Made by a program: the position numbers and the translations under genes. A stretch of 64,000 bases of DNA. Origin: an uncultured Bacteroidales bacterium (lineage in GTDB: Bacteria > Bacteroidota > Bacteroidia > Bacteroidales > VadinHA17). The notes beneath the pieces were generated by a model. It did not search any database and was not told the DNA's origin. It saw nothing but the letters and a program-made list of their open reading frames with translations. Numbering within the stretch: the stretch's first letter is position 1; each line of letters starts with the position of its first letter. The DNA lies in contig CAVTDE010000008.1 in NCBI GenBank assembly GCA_963733455.1, positions 70,291-134,290 of the forward strand, written 5' to 3'. Shown in pieces: positions 56,126-64,000 of this stretch.

Positions 56126-58440
56126 TCACTCATATCTCAATGATTCAACTGGGTTTCTTGTCGCTGCCCTCCAGCTCTGCCAGCTAATTGTTATTAAAGC
56201 TACTCCAATTGCTATTATTCCGGCTAATCCAAAGATCCACCAGCTAAGTTCCGTTTTGTAAGCAAAATTTTGTAGCCATTTGTTCGTTGTGAACCAGGCA
56301 ATAGGACAAGCTATAATAAAAGCAATACCAACCCAATTCAGAAAGTCTTTATTGAGCATAACGATTATCTTAATAACTGTGGCACTGTTTATTTTACGAA
56401 TACCGATTTCCTTTACTTTTTGCTGGACAAAAAATAGTGCCATCGCGAATATACCCATTGATGAAATGATGATTGAAAGTAATGTGAATGCCCGATTAGC
56501 TTCGATTGCCTGACTTCTTTAGTATATAACTGATTGATAGATTCTTCGGCAAAATCTGAAACCATTGGGATCCCTGCCGTGAATGAGGCCTGGTCATTCC
56601 TGATTTTATTGATAGTAACTAGCTGATTGGCACCGTTAATCTTTACCAAAACTTCCCAAGGTAAATCGGGTTCATCTAATTGTTTGACTATGACTGGACC
56701 AATTTTGGTATGAAGCGACCTATAATTAAAATCGTCGATGATCCCCAAAAGAGGGACTTCTTTATCATAGTATCTGAACGAAATGGGATTTTCTCCCAAC
56801 TCGAGTAACTTAACTGCTGTTTTGTTGATCCATACTCCGTTCTTAGAAAAGGCTGCATTAGTTTTGGTGACTCTAATACCCATCAATTTGAAGAACACAC
56901 TATCAACCACAAATTCCTCAAAACTGACTGGCTTATTATTATAATTGAAAGACTGGTTATTTCCACCATGAATAGGATCGCCACGGGTAAAAGAAACATC
57001 GACTACACCAGAAATTGATTTAAGTAAGTTGCGAAAGGCAGTTTTTTGATTTGCATTAATTGTGTTTTCCATCCAAAACAGATTTTCCTTATTGAATCCA
57101 GTATTAAAATTCTGCATAAATTTAGACTGATGGGCAATGACCCATGTACAAATAAGCAACACTATAGCAATGCAATATTGAAATGAGATCAGTATTTTGG
57201 AATAATTGCTTTTAGTTTTTCGAGTAAAATTACCCTTGACCACATTTATGGGGTTATATTTGTTGACAACTAAGGCAGGAACAATGCCCGAAATAAATCC
57301 TGTCGCGACTATAACACCCAACATAATCAGTATTAATGAAAGACTTAAACTTTTACTGAGATTCAATTGGCAATCCATTTGATTATTAAAGAAAGGTTCA
57401 AATTGGAAAGCAAGATACACAGCTAATATGGCTGCGATTAAACTTAATGTGACAGACTCGAAAATATGTTGCATTAATAACGCCACTTTTGAACTTCCCA
57501 TCATTTTCTTTATTGCAGTTTCTTTAGTTCTTAACCAGGCTTGAGCAATCGTAAGATTGATGTAGTTGATGATCGCAATAATAAGTATCAATAGAGCAAT
57601 GGCACCAAAAATGATCACTGTGGTTCGACTGTTTTGTCTGATACCAGGTCCGGCTTCCTTACTGAAATAAAGTTCAGTTAGTGGTTCAAATCTAAGTATC
57701 TTTGAGTAACCATTGGAAAACGGCCAATAATCCTTTTTGAATTGCTCCAGAATCTGAGGGGCTTTCGACGGCAAATCAGTCCCTACTTTAGACAAAAAAT
57801 AAAGTCCAAATGAACTAACATCATTAGTAGTGAGTAATTCTTTATACCCCCATAAGTCAGGTAAAATATTGAAATTAAGTATCCCTTCACACTTTTTGAA
57901 GTGAGTATTCTGGGGCATTTCTTCGAAAATACCTGAAATAGTGAAACTTATTTTATTTATTGAAAAAGAATTACCAATAGGATTATCATTTCCAAATATT
58001 TTTCGGGCAAAAGTGGAAGAAAGTACAGCTGAATTTTTCAATGCCAGCACCTGTTTAGGATCACCTTCTTTGAGTTTAAATGAGAACATCGTAAAAAACG
58101 AGGAGTCAGCAAGCATGAATTTAACTTGTTCCTGCTGCTTATCGTGAAATGTTGAATTCCAACTATTCTGATATATGCGTGTATAACACTCCACTTCGGG
58201 AAGTTGATCTTGAATGAAGGAACCAATTGGGGGGGCGAAATATGAGCCATTGTCACGTGTGAGTCTATAAATCCTGTTTTTATTTGCATGAAACTTATCG
58301 ACCGATAGTTCTTGTTTTATGTAGATACTCAATAAGAGTACAAACATAAGCGATACGGCAAAACCAGATAGAGTTACAAAAGTATAAAGTCTGTTCCTCA
58401 TCAAATATCTAATAAACATTTTCAATGAATAAGCTCTCAT
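56126..58440 (-). pseudogene. MacB/FtsX-type ABC transporter permease, split by a frameshift
   Basis: The 675-aa ORF has an N-terminal TM, a MacB-like periplasmic domain, an FtsX block, and a second periplasmic domain. The 110-aa ORF holds the last FtsX block (VKEIGIRKINSAT...RAATRNPVESLRYE). Extending the second frame upstream gives AFTLLSIIISSMGIF. The frames meet at the CCC run 56491-56493. Confidence 0.75.
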
Positions 58441-58734
58441 ACGTGGTCAATATTTTATGTAAACCGATTATACATATCTTCAAGCTTCCACCGAATTCAT
58501 TATTGCAGCCCTCTTATACTCCCTAAAACCTGATATGATGAATTTTAAAATGTTTCATTCATTTGTTATTCAATCTATTTACTAATATGATGCCATAATT
58601 ATATTTGTGTGATATAAAGCTATTTAAATATTAATGTAATTCCGTGGCGTAACTATATTTTACACTTTCTAGTAAAAATATTTTACAATTTTACAAAATC
58701 AGTTCTCCATCAATTAAGAACTATTGTAATGTAA

Positions 58735-58923
58735 TCAGGAACCTCTAGACGTGTCAGATTCACTTGGATTAAGGTTACCTGATGGGTGATTATGCGCACA
58801 AATTATACCCGATGCATTTCCTTTGATTGCTGCCACAAGGATGACTCTTATATCAGAGACAGTGCCTGATATTCCTCCTTTTGAGATTTCCAGGATTCCT
58901 AAAACCGAATTTGACCCTTTCAT
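58735..58923 (-). pseudogene. RadC/JAB-domain fragment
   Basis: ISGTVSDIRVILVAAIKGNASGIICAHNHPSGNLNPSESD contains the JAMM HNHPSG motif. Both the N-terminal two-thirds and the C-terminus of a normal RadC are missing. Confidence 0.7.
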
Positions 58924-59022
58924 TAAAAGTATCTTGAATTCTTCGAATAGAGCCAGTAAAGAATTCTTTTAAAGTTCAAAATCAGTTCAAAACATTTTGG
59001 ATGTGACTGATTATCTGTACTG

Positions 59023-59052
59023 TTTGTTGACCCACCTGGGCTCGAACCGGAC
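59023..59052 (+). repeat. att-like copy of the tRNA-Gln 3' end
   Basis: TTTGTTGACCCACCTGGGCTCGAACCGGAC compares with TTTGTTGACCCACCTGGGCTCGAACCAGGAC at the real tRNA. The first 26 nt are identical, and similarity is lost upstream of the T-arm. Confidence 0.75.
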
Positions 59053-59217
59053 CGAGCGTTAAGAAAATGCCCAGTGGGCACCGTCTATTCAAGAAGCTTT
59101 GCATGTTTGTAATATGCTGTATATCTGCATATCATTTAAGTGTTGTCAGTTTTTGACCGATTGACATTGGGTGGGTGGGTTAGTAATAGAAGGCCATCTG
59201 GTGCATTACTAACATTA

Positions 59218-59410
59218 ATCAGTTGATATCTTTTTAATAGGATACTTGCCGGAAATGAAAGTCATTGCATAACTTCGATTGGTTTTACTGTCGTAGATTG
59301 TCAGTCCAAAGTCGAGGCAATGTTTAAGGTTGAGGGTCCGAGGTCGCTATTGTTGCTATAATAAAACCCTATGGGTACAATTATGCCACACACCTGTTTG
59401 AATCGGGGAC
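59218..59410 (+). repeat. Repeat family B copy B3 (RayT-like relic)
   Basis: ATCAGTTGATATCTTTTT...GGTTTTACTGTCGTAGATTGTCAGTCCAAAGTCGAGGCAATGTTTAAGGTTGAGGG...TATGCCACACACCTGTTTGAATCGGGGA aligns with B1. The reading CQSKVEAMFKVEG resembles the CTQNRE.LFG block of COG1943 proteins. Confidence 0.7.
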
Positions 59411-59610
59411 TTATTTGAGGCATATACAGTAGTAGCTGGGGAAACAAAGAATATCAACGAAATGTAGATCATGAAAGGCAGGACACAAAATTATATAACG
59501 GTCTTAATGAGAAGGTTCCCGTGCATATCTTCCAATTTGATTAACTTTTGTATTTGAATACTTATTTAAAAAAGTAGTTTATAAATATTTATTAATCTAA
59601 TTTATCTGTT

Positions 59611-60210
59611 ATGAAACAAAAACTTACTTTGATCTGTGTTTTGAGCATTCTAATATCAAATGCAAATGCACAAATGATTGGCATTAAAGCTGGATTGTCG
59701 CTGTCAAATGCACAATATGAATACACATCGACTAGCATTTCCACTTCGAATTTAATTGGCGTACAAGTAGGCCTGATTGGAGAAGTGCCAATTTCTAATG
59801 AGATTTTTTTAAATTCTGGAGTACTTTTTTCACAAAAAGGAACTAAAATGAGTCTATTAGGGGTAGAAGTAAAATTCCCTATTAATTATTTGGAGATACC
59901 CTTTAATTTGGCTTATAAATATGATATGGGAACTGCGAAATTATTTGCTCAGGCAGGTCCCTACTTAGGTGTTGGGCTTTCAGCAAAGATGAAAGGTGGA
60001 GGAGAGGAGGAAACAATAGATTTTGGATCAGATATTGATCAAATGAAAAAAATAGACATCGGTGTAAATTTTGGGGGTGGCCTGGAAATTAAAAAAATTC
60101 AACTGGGAATTAATTACGGTTTAGGTTTAACCAACCTTTCAAATGATCCTGATGAATTAATGAAAAATGGTGTATTATCTTTGTCTGTTGCGCTATTCTT
60201 CGGGAAATAG
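59611..60210 (+). CDS. Outer-membrane beta-barrel (porin-family) protein
   Basis: 199 aa with a signal peptide. GIKAGLSLSN, AQAGPYLGVGL and GINYGLGLTN strands, with a terminal FFGK. Confidence 0.7.
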   Translation: MKQKLTLICVLSILISNANAQMIGIKAGLSLSNAQYEYTSTSISTSNLIGVQVGLIGEVPISNEIFLNSGVLFSQKGTKMSLLGVEVKFPINYLEIPFNLAYKYDMGTAKLFAQAGPYLGVGLSAKMKGGGEEETIDFGSDIDQMKKIDIGVNFGGGLEIKKIQLGINYGLGLTNLSNDPDELMKNGVLSLSVALFFGK

Positions 60211-60234
60211 GGAGAATTAACAGCAACATGAGGT

Positions 60235-60468
60235 CAGGAAAAGTGTGAGTGTGAGTGTTAGAGCCAGAACAAAAAAGCGAGGTGTCAGCTCCCGCTCTCA
60301 CTCTCGCTTTTTTGTTGACCCACCCAGGCTTCCGCCCGGATTGACAACTGCCAGGAAAAGTGTGAGTGTGAGTGTGAGAGCCAGAACAAAAAAGCGAGAT
60401 GCCCGCTCCCGCTCTCACTCTCGCTCTTTTGTTGACCCACCTGGGCTCGAACCAGGACTCTGCGGAAC
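60235..60468 (+). repeat. Tandem duplication, two 117-bp units, each with a GTGAGT-rich arm, a terminator hairpin and the tRNA-Gln 3' part
   Basis: CAGGAAAAGTGTGAGTGTGAGTGT starts at 60235 and again at 60352. Unit 2 runs into the functional tRNA. Unit 1 carries a degenerate tRNA 3' copy (TTGTTGACCCACCCAGGCTTCCGCCCGGA from 60312). Confidence 0.8.
60385..60433 (-). terminator. Intrinsic terminator of tRNA-Gln
   Basis: AACAAAAAAGCGAG (60385-60398) pairs with CTCGCTCTTTTGTT (60420-60433) at 13/14. On the minus strand the stem ends in a T-run directly after the tRNA 3' end. The unit-1 copy pairs at 14/14 (60268-60281 with 60303-60316). Confidence 0.6.
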
Positions 60469-60504
60469 CAAAATCCGACGTGTTGCCAATTACACCATGG
60501 GTCA
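60432..60504 (-). tRNA. tRNA-Gln (anticodon UUG)
   Basis: A hand fold of TGACCCATGGTGTAATTGGCAACACGTCGGATTTTGGTTCCGCAGAGTCCTGGTTCGAGCCCAGGTGGGTCAA was used. The acceptor stem is 7 bp with the U1-A72 pair typical of bacterial tRNA-Gln. D stem is GTGT/ACAC with G18 G19. The anticodon loop is TTTTGGT (UUG). The T-arm is CCTGG-TTCGAGC-CCAGG. CCA is not encoded. Confidence 0.85.
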
Positions 60505-60594
60505 TTATTCCCGTTTCCGGAACTGCAAAATTAGGAAATTTTTTTGTTTGCGGGCAGCCTTGCGACATTTAGATTTCAGGCCTTAAAATTAAGG

Positions 60595-61038
60595 CTAAGC
60601 TGCATCGATGACCAGCGGATCATATGGACCTCTTTTCATCCCTTCAACCTCTACAACAAAGAAAGGACACTCCACAAGCGATCTGAGGATAAACCCGAGC
60701 TCACACATATCGTCATCTCCCCGCTCATAATACCAGATTATCCTCGCCCTGTCGGGCAGCTCCTTCATTCTTGCAATCTCCTTTATGATGTTGTAAATCC
60801 ATTTGGTTGAGCTGGTATTTATGTACTCAAACCCAAACTCAATCCTTGTCTCCTCCCTGTTATTGCGGACATAACTCATTATCCATTCCAGAACCGGACG
60901 GTAAAACTCACCCGGATTAACAGGAATTGAGCGGCCCAGGATAAAGATCCTTCCGGGTTCCAGCACAATATGAGGAGTCCTTCTTGTCGGGTCTGCTGTG
61001 TATCTCGTAAAGCTTTTCATTCCTGATATAAACGTCAT
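60595..61038 (-). CDS. DUF1987 / SiaC-like small regulatory protein
   Basis: TPHIVLEPGRIFILGRSIPVNPGEFYRPVLEWI...IEFGFEYINTSSTKWIYNII follows the DUF1987 pattern (E.SG.S.PEN...FY.P...W...L.F.L.YFNTSS.K). Confidence 0.6.
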   Translation of the reverse strand: MTFISGMKSFTRYTADPTRRTPHIVLEPGRIFILGRSIPVNPGEFYRPVLEWIMSYVRNNREETRIEFGFEYINTSSTKWIYNIIKEIARMKELPDRARIIWYYERGDDDMCELGFILRSLVECPFFVVEVEGMKRGPYDPLVIDAA

Positions 61039-61139
61039 TGCGCGCTTTTTAGTCTTTTAAACCAAAAAATACGCAGCCTCACAACAACTTTTCCACGAGT
61101 CGCCTGAAATTAAAGCTTAAAAATCACGAACAACAAAGA

Positions 61140-61391
61140 TTAATTAAAGTCCTGTTCCGGTACTTTATTATTAAAAAGGGTTGGGATTTGCTCTTCCCAC
61201 AGGGTGGGATGCTCATCATCAAATCTCTTAAGTATCGCTTTCATGATGGTTTCCCTGAGAAATTCCGACTTGTTTTTTACCCGGTACCGGCTGCAGTATA
61301 TGCCAAGCGCCCTGGCTTCCCTGTTGTTAAGCATCAGCGAAAGCCTGTTGTTCCTTTTTAAACGCTCTTCCCTGTTTGAAGTATGTCTCAA
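61140..61391 (-). CDS. Small hypothetical protein (possibly ribbon-helix-helix)
   Basis: 83-aa ORF. LSLMLNNREARALGIYCSRYRVKNKSEFLRETIMKAIL resembles an RHH-type beta-alpha-alpha unit. Support is weak. Confidence 0.4.
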   Translation of the reverse strand: MRHTSNREERLKRNNRLSLMLNNREARALGIYCSRYRVKNKSEFLRETIMKAILKRFDDEHPTLWEEQIPTLFNNKVPEQDFN

Positions 61392-61660
61392 ATGCCGGTC
61401 TTTTGAAATTGTCAGCTAATTTAAAAAAAGCACACCTTATCTTCTTTTCAAATCTGAATAGTTTTTAACAGAATAAAGAAAACCAGCCGTTAATCGACTG
61501 GTTTTATGATTGTTATAATATTAACAACTTTTATCTTCCTCATTCAACCCCCTTTAGGGGGAAGGCGGTAAAACCTATTTGGGGCGAGGGGTAACACCTT
61601 AATGGGCAGGGGGTAAACCGTTACGCCGTAATGCCGTTGCGCCGTTGTGCCGTTACACCT

Positions 61661-62632
61661 TTACGCCTTATCCGCGCTTCCCAGCACATTCACAACCTTA
61701 TGCTTATACAGCTCCCTCAGCTTATCACGTGCAGGACCGAGGTAGTTTCGCGGATCGAATTCACCGGGCTTTTCAACAAAGACCTTACGGATGGCTGCTG
61801 TCATCGCAAGGCGCCCATCGCTGTCGATATTGATCTTGCAGACTGCTGATTTTGCAGCCCTGCGCAACTGATCTTCAGATACGCCGGCCGTGTTTTCCAT
61901 CTTGCCGCCATACTTGTTGATCTCGGCAACTATATCCTGTGGAACCGACGATGCCCCGTGGAGGACAATCGGGAATCCCGGAATACGTCTTTCACATTCC
62001 TCAAGAATGTCAAAACGAAGAGGGGGAGGAAGTTGTCCGGGCTTCACTTTAAATTTGAAGGCGCCATGGGAAGTTCCGATTGAAATTGCAAGCGAGTCAA
62101 CCCCGGTTTTCTTTACGAAATCTTCAACTTCTTCGGGTCTTGTATAAGAAGAATGTTCTGCCGAAACTTCATCTTCAATACCTGCAAGAACACCAAGTTC
62201 ACCTTCAACGGTTACATCGAACTGATGAGCATACTCAACGACCTGCTTTGTAAGCCTTATGTTTTCTTCATATGGGAAATGTGATCCGTCGATCATTACC
62301 GACGAAAAACCTGATTCTATACACGATTTGCAGGTCTCAAATGAATCGCCATGGTCGAGATGCAAGACAATGGGAATCGGATAACCCAGTTCTTTTGCAT
62401 ATTCCACAGCTCCTTTTGCCAGATACTGGAGCAATGTCTGGTTCGCGTATTTACGAGCACCTTTTGAAACCTGAAGTATAACAGGAGATTTTGTCTCCAC
62501 ACAGGCGCTTATAATTGCCTGCATCTGTTCAAGATTGTTGAAATTGAATGCCGGAATGGCATACCCGCCTTCCACTGCTTTTTTAAATAATTCTCTTGAA
62601 TTTACCAACCCTAGTTCTTTGTAATGAAGCAT
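61661..62632 (-). CDS. fba: Class II fructose-1,6-bisphosphate aldolase
   Basis: GYAIPAFNFNNLEQMQAIISA, PVILQVSKGARKY, VLHLDHG, SVMIDGS, GELG and LVLHGASS are canonical class II FBA blocks. Confidence 0.9.
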   Translation of the reverse strand: MLHYKELGLVNSRELFKKAVEGGYAIPAFNFNNLEQMQAIISACVETKSPVILQVSKGARKYANQTLLQYLAKGAVEYAKELGYPIPIVLHLDHGDSFETCKSCIESGFSSVMIDGSHFPYEENIRLTKQVVEYAHQFDVTVEGELGVLAGIEDEVSAEHSSYTRPEEVEDFVKKTGVDSLAISIGTSHGAFKFKVKPGQLPPPLRFDILEECERRIPGFPIVLHGASSVPQDIVAEINKYGGKMENTAGVSEDQLRRAAKSAVCKINIDSDGRLAMTAAIRKVFVEKPGEFDPRNYLGPARDKLRELYKHKVVNVLGSADKA

Positions 62633-62897
62633 AATTTTTTGTATTTAATTAAGCCGTGAAAGTTAGTTAATATATTATATTTTTAAGACATTTCAATATT
62701 GAAAATATAAGAAAAACTCATCCTCCCGATTATTTTATTGTGCCTCCACCGCCAATTAAACCTAATTGTTTATCTTCGTAAACTCAATTTCAGGCGTATA
62801 TTAAATGGTGAAAATTGATCGTTATGCAGTATCTGCTCCAAAAATCAATCCTCTACAATATGCTGTCCGCGAAGTGAATAAAATAAAATTTAGTAAG

Positions 62898-64000
62898 ATG
62901 AGAAAATTATTGATCTTCATAATCACATGTCTTCTGATATCTCAGGATTACACCTTCAGCCAGCAGCAGACATGGTCGCTTGAGGATTGCATCCGTTATG
63001 CAATCGATCATAACATACAGATAAAGCAGCAGATTCTTCAGACTGAATATCAGAAAAACACCCTTGAACTCTCGAAGTTAAGCACATTGCCAACCCTGAA
63101 CGGACAGGCAACACATAATTATTCCTTTGGAAGGGCTCTCGATGAAACCACCTATAAATTCACTCAGAATCAGAATATTCAATCGAACAGTTTTGATATA
63201 GGCGGCAGCATGAATCTCTTTAACGGTCTGCAGACCTATAATACAATTCAGAGGAATAAATATGATGTTCTGGCCAGCGAGCTCGATCTTCAAAAGATAA
63301 AGGATAACATTGCCCTTAACATTGCACTCGGTTACCTGCAGATCCTTCTGAATAAGGAACTGGTCCAGGCAACAAACAACCAGCTGATGATCACCAGGCA
63401 GCAGATTGAAAAGACAAGGAAGATGGTTGATGCAGGTAGCCTTGCAAAAGGAAATCTGCTTCAGATCGAATCGCAGGCGGCCGGTGAGGAATTACAGCTG
63501 ATCAACACAGAAAACCAGCTTGACATTTCATATCTCAACCTTACCCAGCTGCTTGAACTGCAGACCCCTGAAGGATTCGAGATTATCGCACCCGAGATCC
63601 AGATCGACACAAATACGGTTATCTCCGGTCAGATCAATGATATCTTTACCCAGGCGGTTGGCGTAAGGCCCGAGATCAAAAGCGCTGAAATGAAGCTCTC
63701 GGCAAGCGAGTTTGACAAGAAAATTGCTGTAGGAGGAAGAAGTCCTCAGCTGTCAATGAACCATTCCATCGGCACACGATTTTCGGATGTGGCGATCAAA
63801 CTGAGCAACCCACAGGAAAAATATACATTTTCTGAACAGCTCAATGACAACATAAACTATGGTGTCGGTTTTTCCCTCCGGATCCCCATTCTCAACGGAT
63901 GGCAGGTTAACAAGAACATCTCCAATTCCCGCATTAACTTTGAGAACAGTCAGTATGCCCTTGAGAATGAGAAGAAGCAGCTTTATAAAAATATACAGCA
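62898..64000 (+). CDS. TolC-family outer-membrane efflux protein, N-terminal part (open at the window end)
   Basis: Absent from the ORF track because it has no stop in the window. Translation from ATG 62898 gives MRKLLIFIITCLLISQDYTFSQQQTWSLEDCIRYAIDHNIQIKQQ...GGSMNLFNGLQTYNTIQ...ITRQQIEKTRKMVDAGSLAKGNLLQIESQ, typical TolC/OMF repeats. Confidence 0.85.
   Translation, partial: MRKLLIFIITCLLISQDYTFSQQQTWSLEDCIRYAIDHNIQIKQQILQTEYQKNTLELSKLSTLPTLNGQATHNYSFGRALDETTYKFTQNQNIQSNSFDIGGSMNLFNGLQTYNTIQRNKYDVLASELDLQKIKDNIALNIALGYLQILLNKELVQATNNQLMITRQQIEKTRKMVDAGSLAKGNLLQIESQAAGEELQLINTENQLDISYLNLTQLLELQTPEGFEIIAPEIQIDTNTVISGQINDIFTQAVGVRPEIKSAEMKLSASEFDKKIAVGGRSPQLSMNHSIGTRFSDVAIKLSNPQEKYTFSEQLNDNINYGVGFSLRIPILNGWQVNKNISNSRINFENSQYALENEKKQLYKNIQ

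Noticed and set aside
60235-60468. Possible small CRISPR-like array (repeated units with palindromic cores)
   Set aside because: There are only two units of 117 bp. The repeat contains tRNA-derived sequence and a terminator hairpin, has no short unique spacers, and no cas genes are in the window.
60110-60586. Track ORFs of 152 aa (minus strand) and 113 aa (plus strand), rich in Ser/Arg/His/Thr repeats
   Set aside because: Both run through the tandem repeat, the terminator hairpins and the tRNA-Gln gene. Their low-complexity translations mirror the GTGAGT repeats.

Overview
This 64-kb chromosomal segment is most likely from a Bacteroidota genome. That placement is an inference from a T9SS-type C-terminal sorting domain on a secreted multicopper oxidase, a propeller/Y_Y_Y sensor kinase, many small beta-barrel outer-membrane proteins, and a TTTG...TAnnTTTG promoter-like motif.

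The window has three parts.

(1) Positions 1-28.6 kb have moderate GC and carry sensory, redox and envelope genes. These include a LytS-type kinase with a LytTR regulator, an HlyD adaptor, a PocR-PAS kinase, an AcvB/VirJ hydrolase, a DUF5107-TPR protein, an ankyrin protein, a Tat-FAD oxidoreductase, an Fe-S protein and a CrtI-like oxidoreductase. The block is interrupted by a 3'-truncated group II intron. Four copies of a 150-190 bp MITE-like hairpin repeat occur in the window, three of them in this block and one at 41.8 kb.

(2) Positions 28.6-60.4 kb are visibly more AT-rich and look like an accessory mosaic.
- It is bracketed by two inverted copies, about 85% identical, of an ORFan lipoprotein gene.
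- It holds toxin-antitoxin or defence-type modules: ImmA/IrrE-DUF4411-pRiA4b ORF3, MNT-HepT, and a class II Fic protein.
- It holds an orphan Xis-type HTH gene between two membrane-protein genes.
- It holds many relics: three RayT-like relics, an IS1182-type transposase tail, ORF6N and RadC fragments, a frameshifted FtsX permease, and a tRNA-Val-like fragment.
- It ends at tRNA-Gln(UUG), whose 3' end is repeated three more times within 4.6 kb.

(3) Positions 60.5-64 kb carry core genes: a DUF1987/SiaC-like protein, class II FBP aldolase, and a TolC-family protein that is open at the window end.

I saw no rRNA, no CRISPR array, and no intact integrase or transposase. I did not find a convincing intact multi-gene novel system. 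The most unusual signals are the serial tRNA-Gln att-like repeats, the inverted ORFan lipoprotein pair, several uncharacterised structured repeat families, and the membrane-HTH-membrane operon.

All family assignments come from motif recognition by eye, not from database searches.
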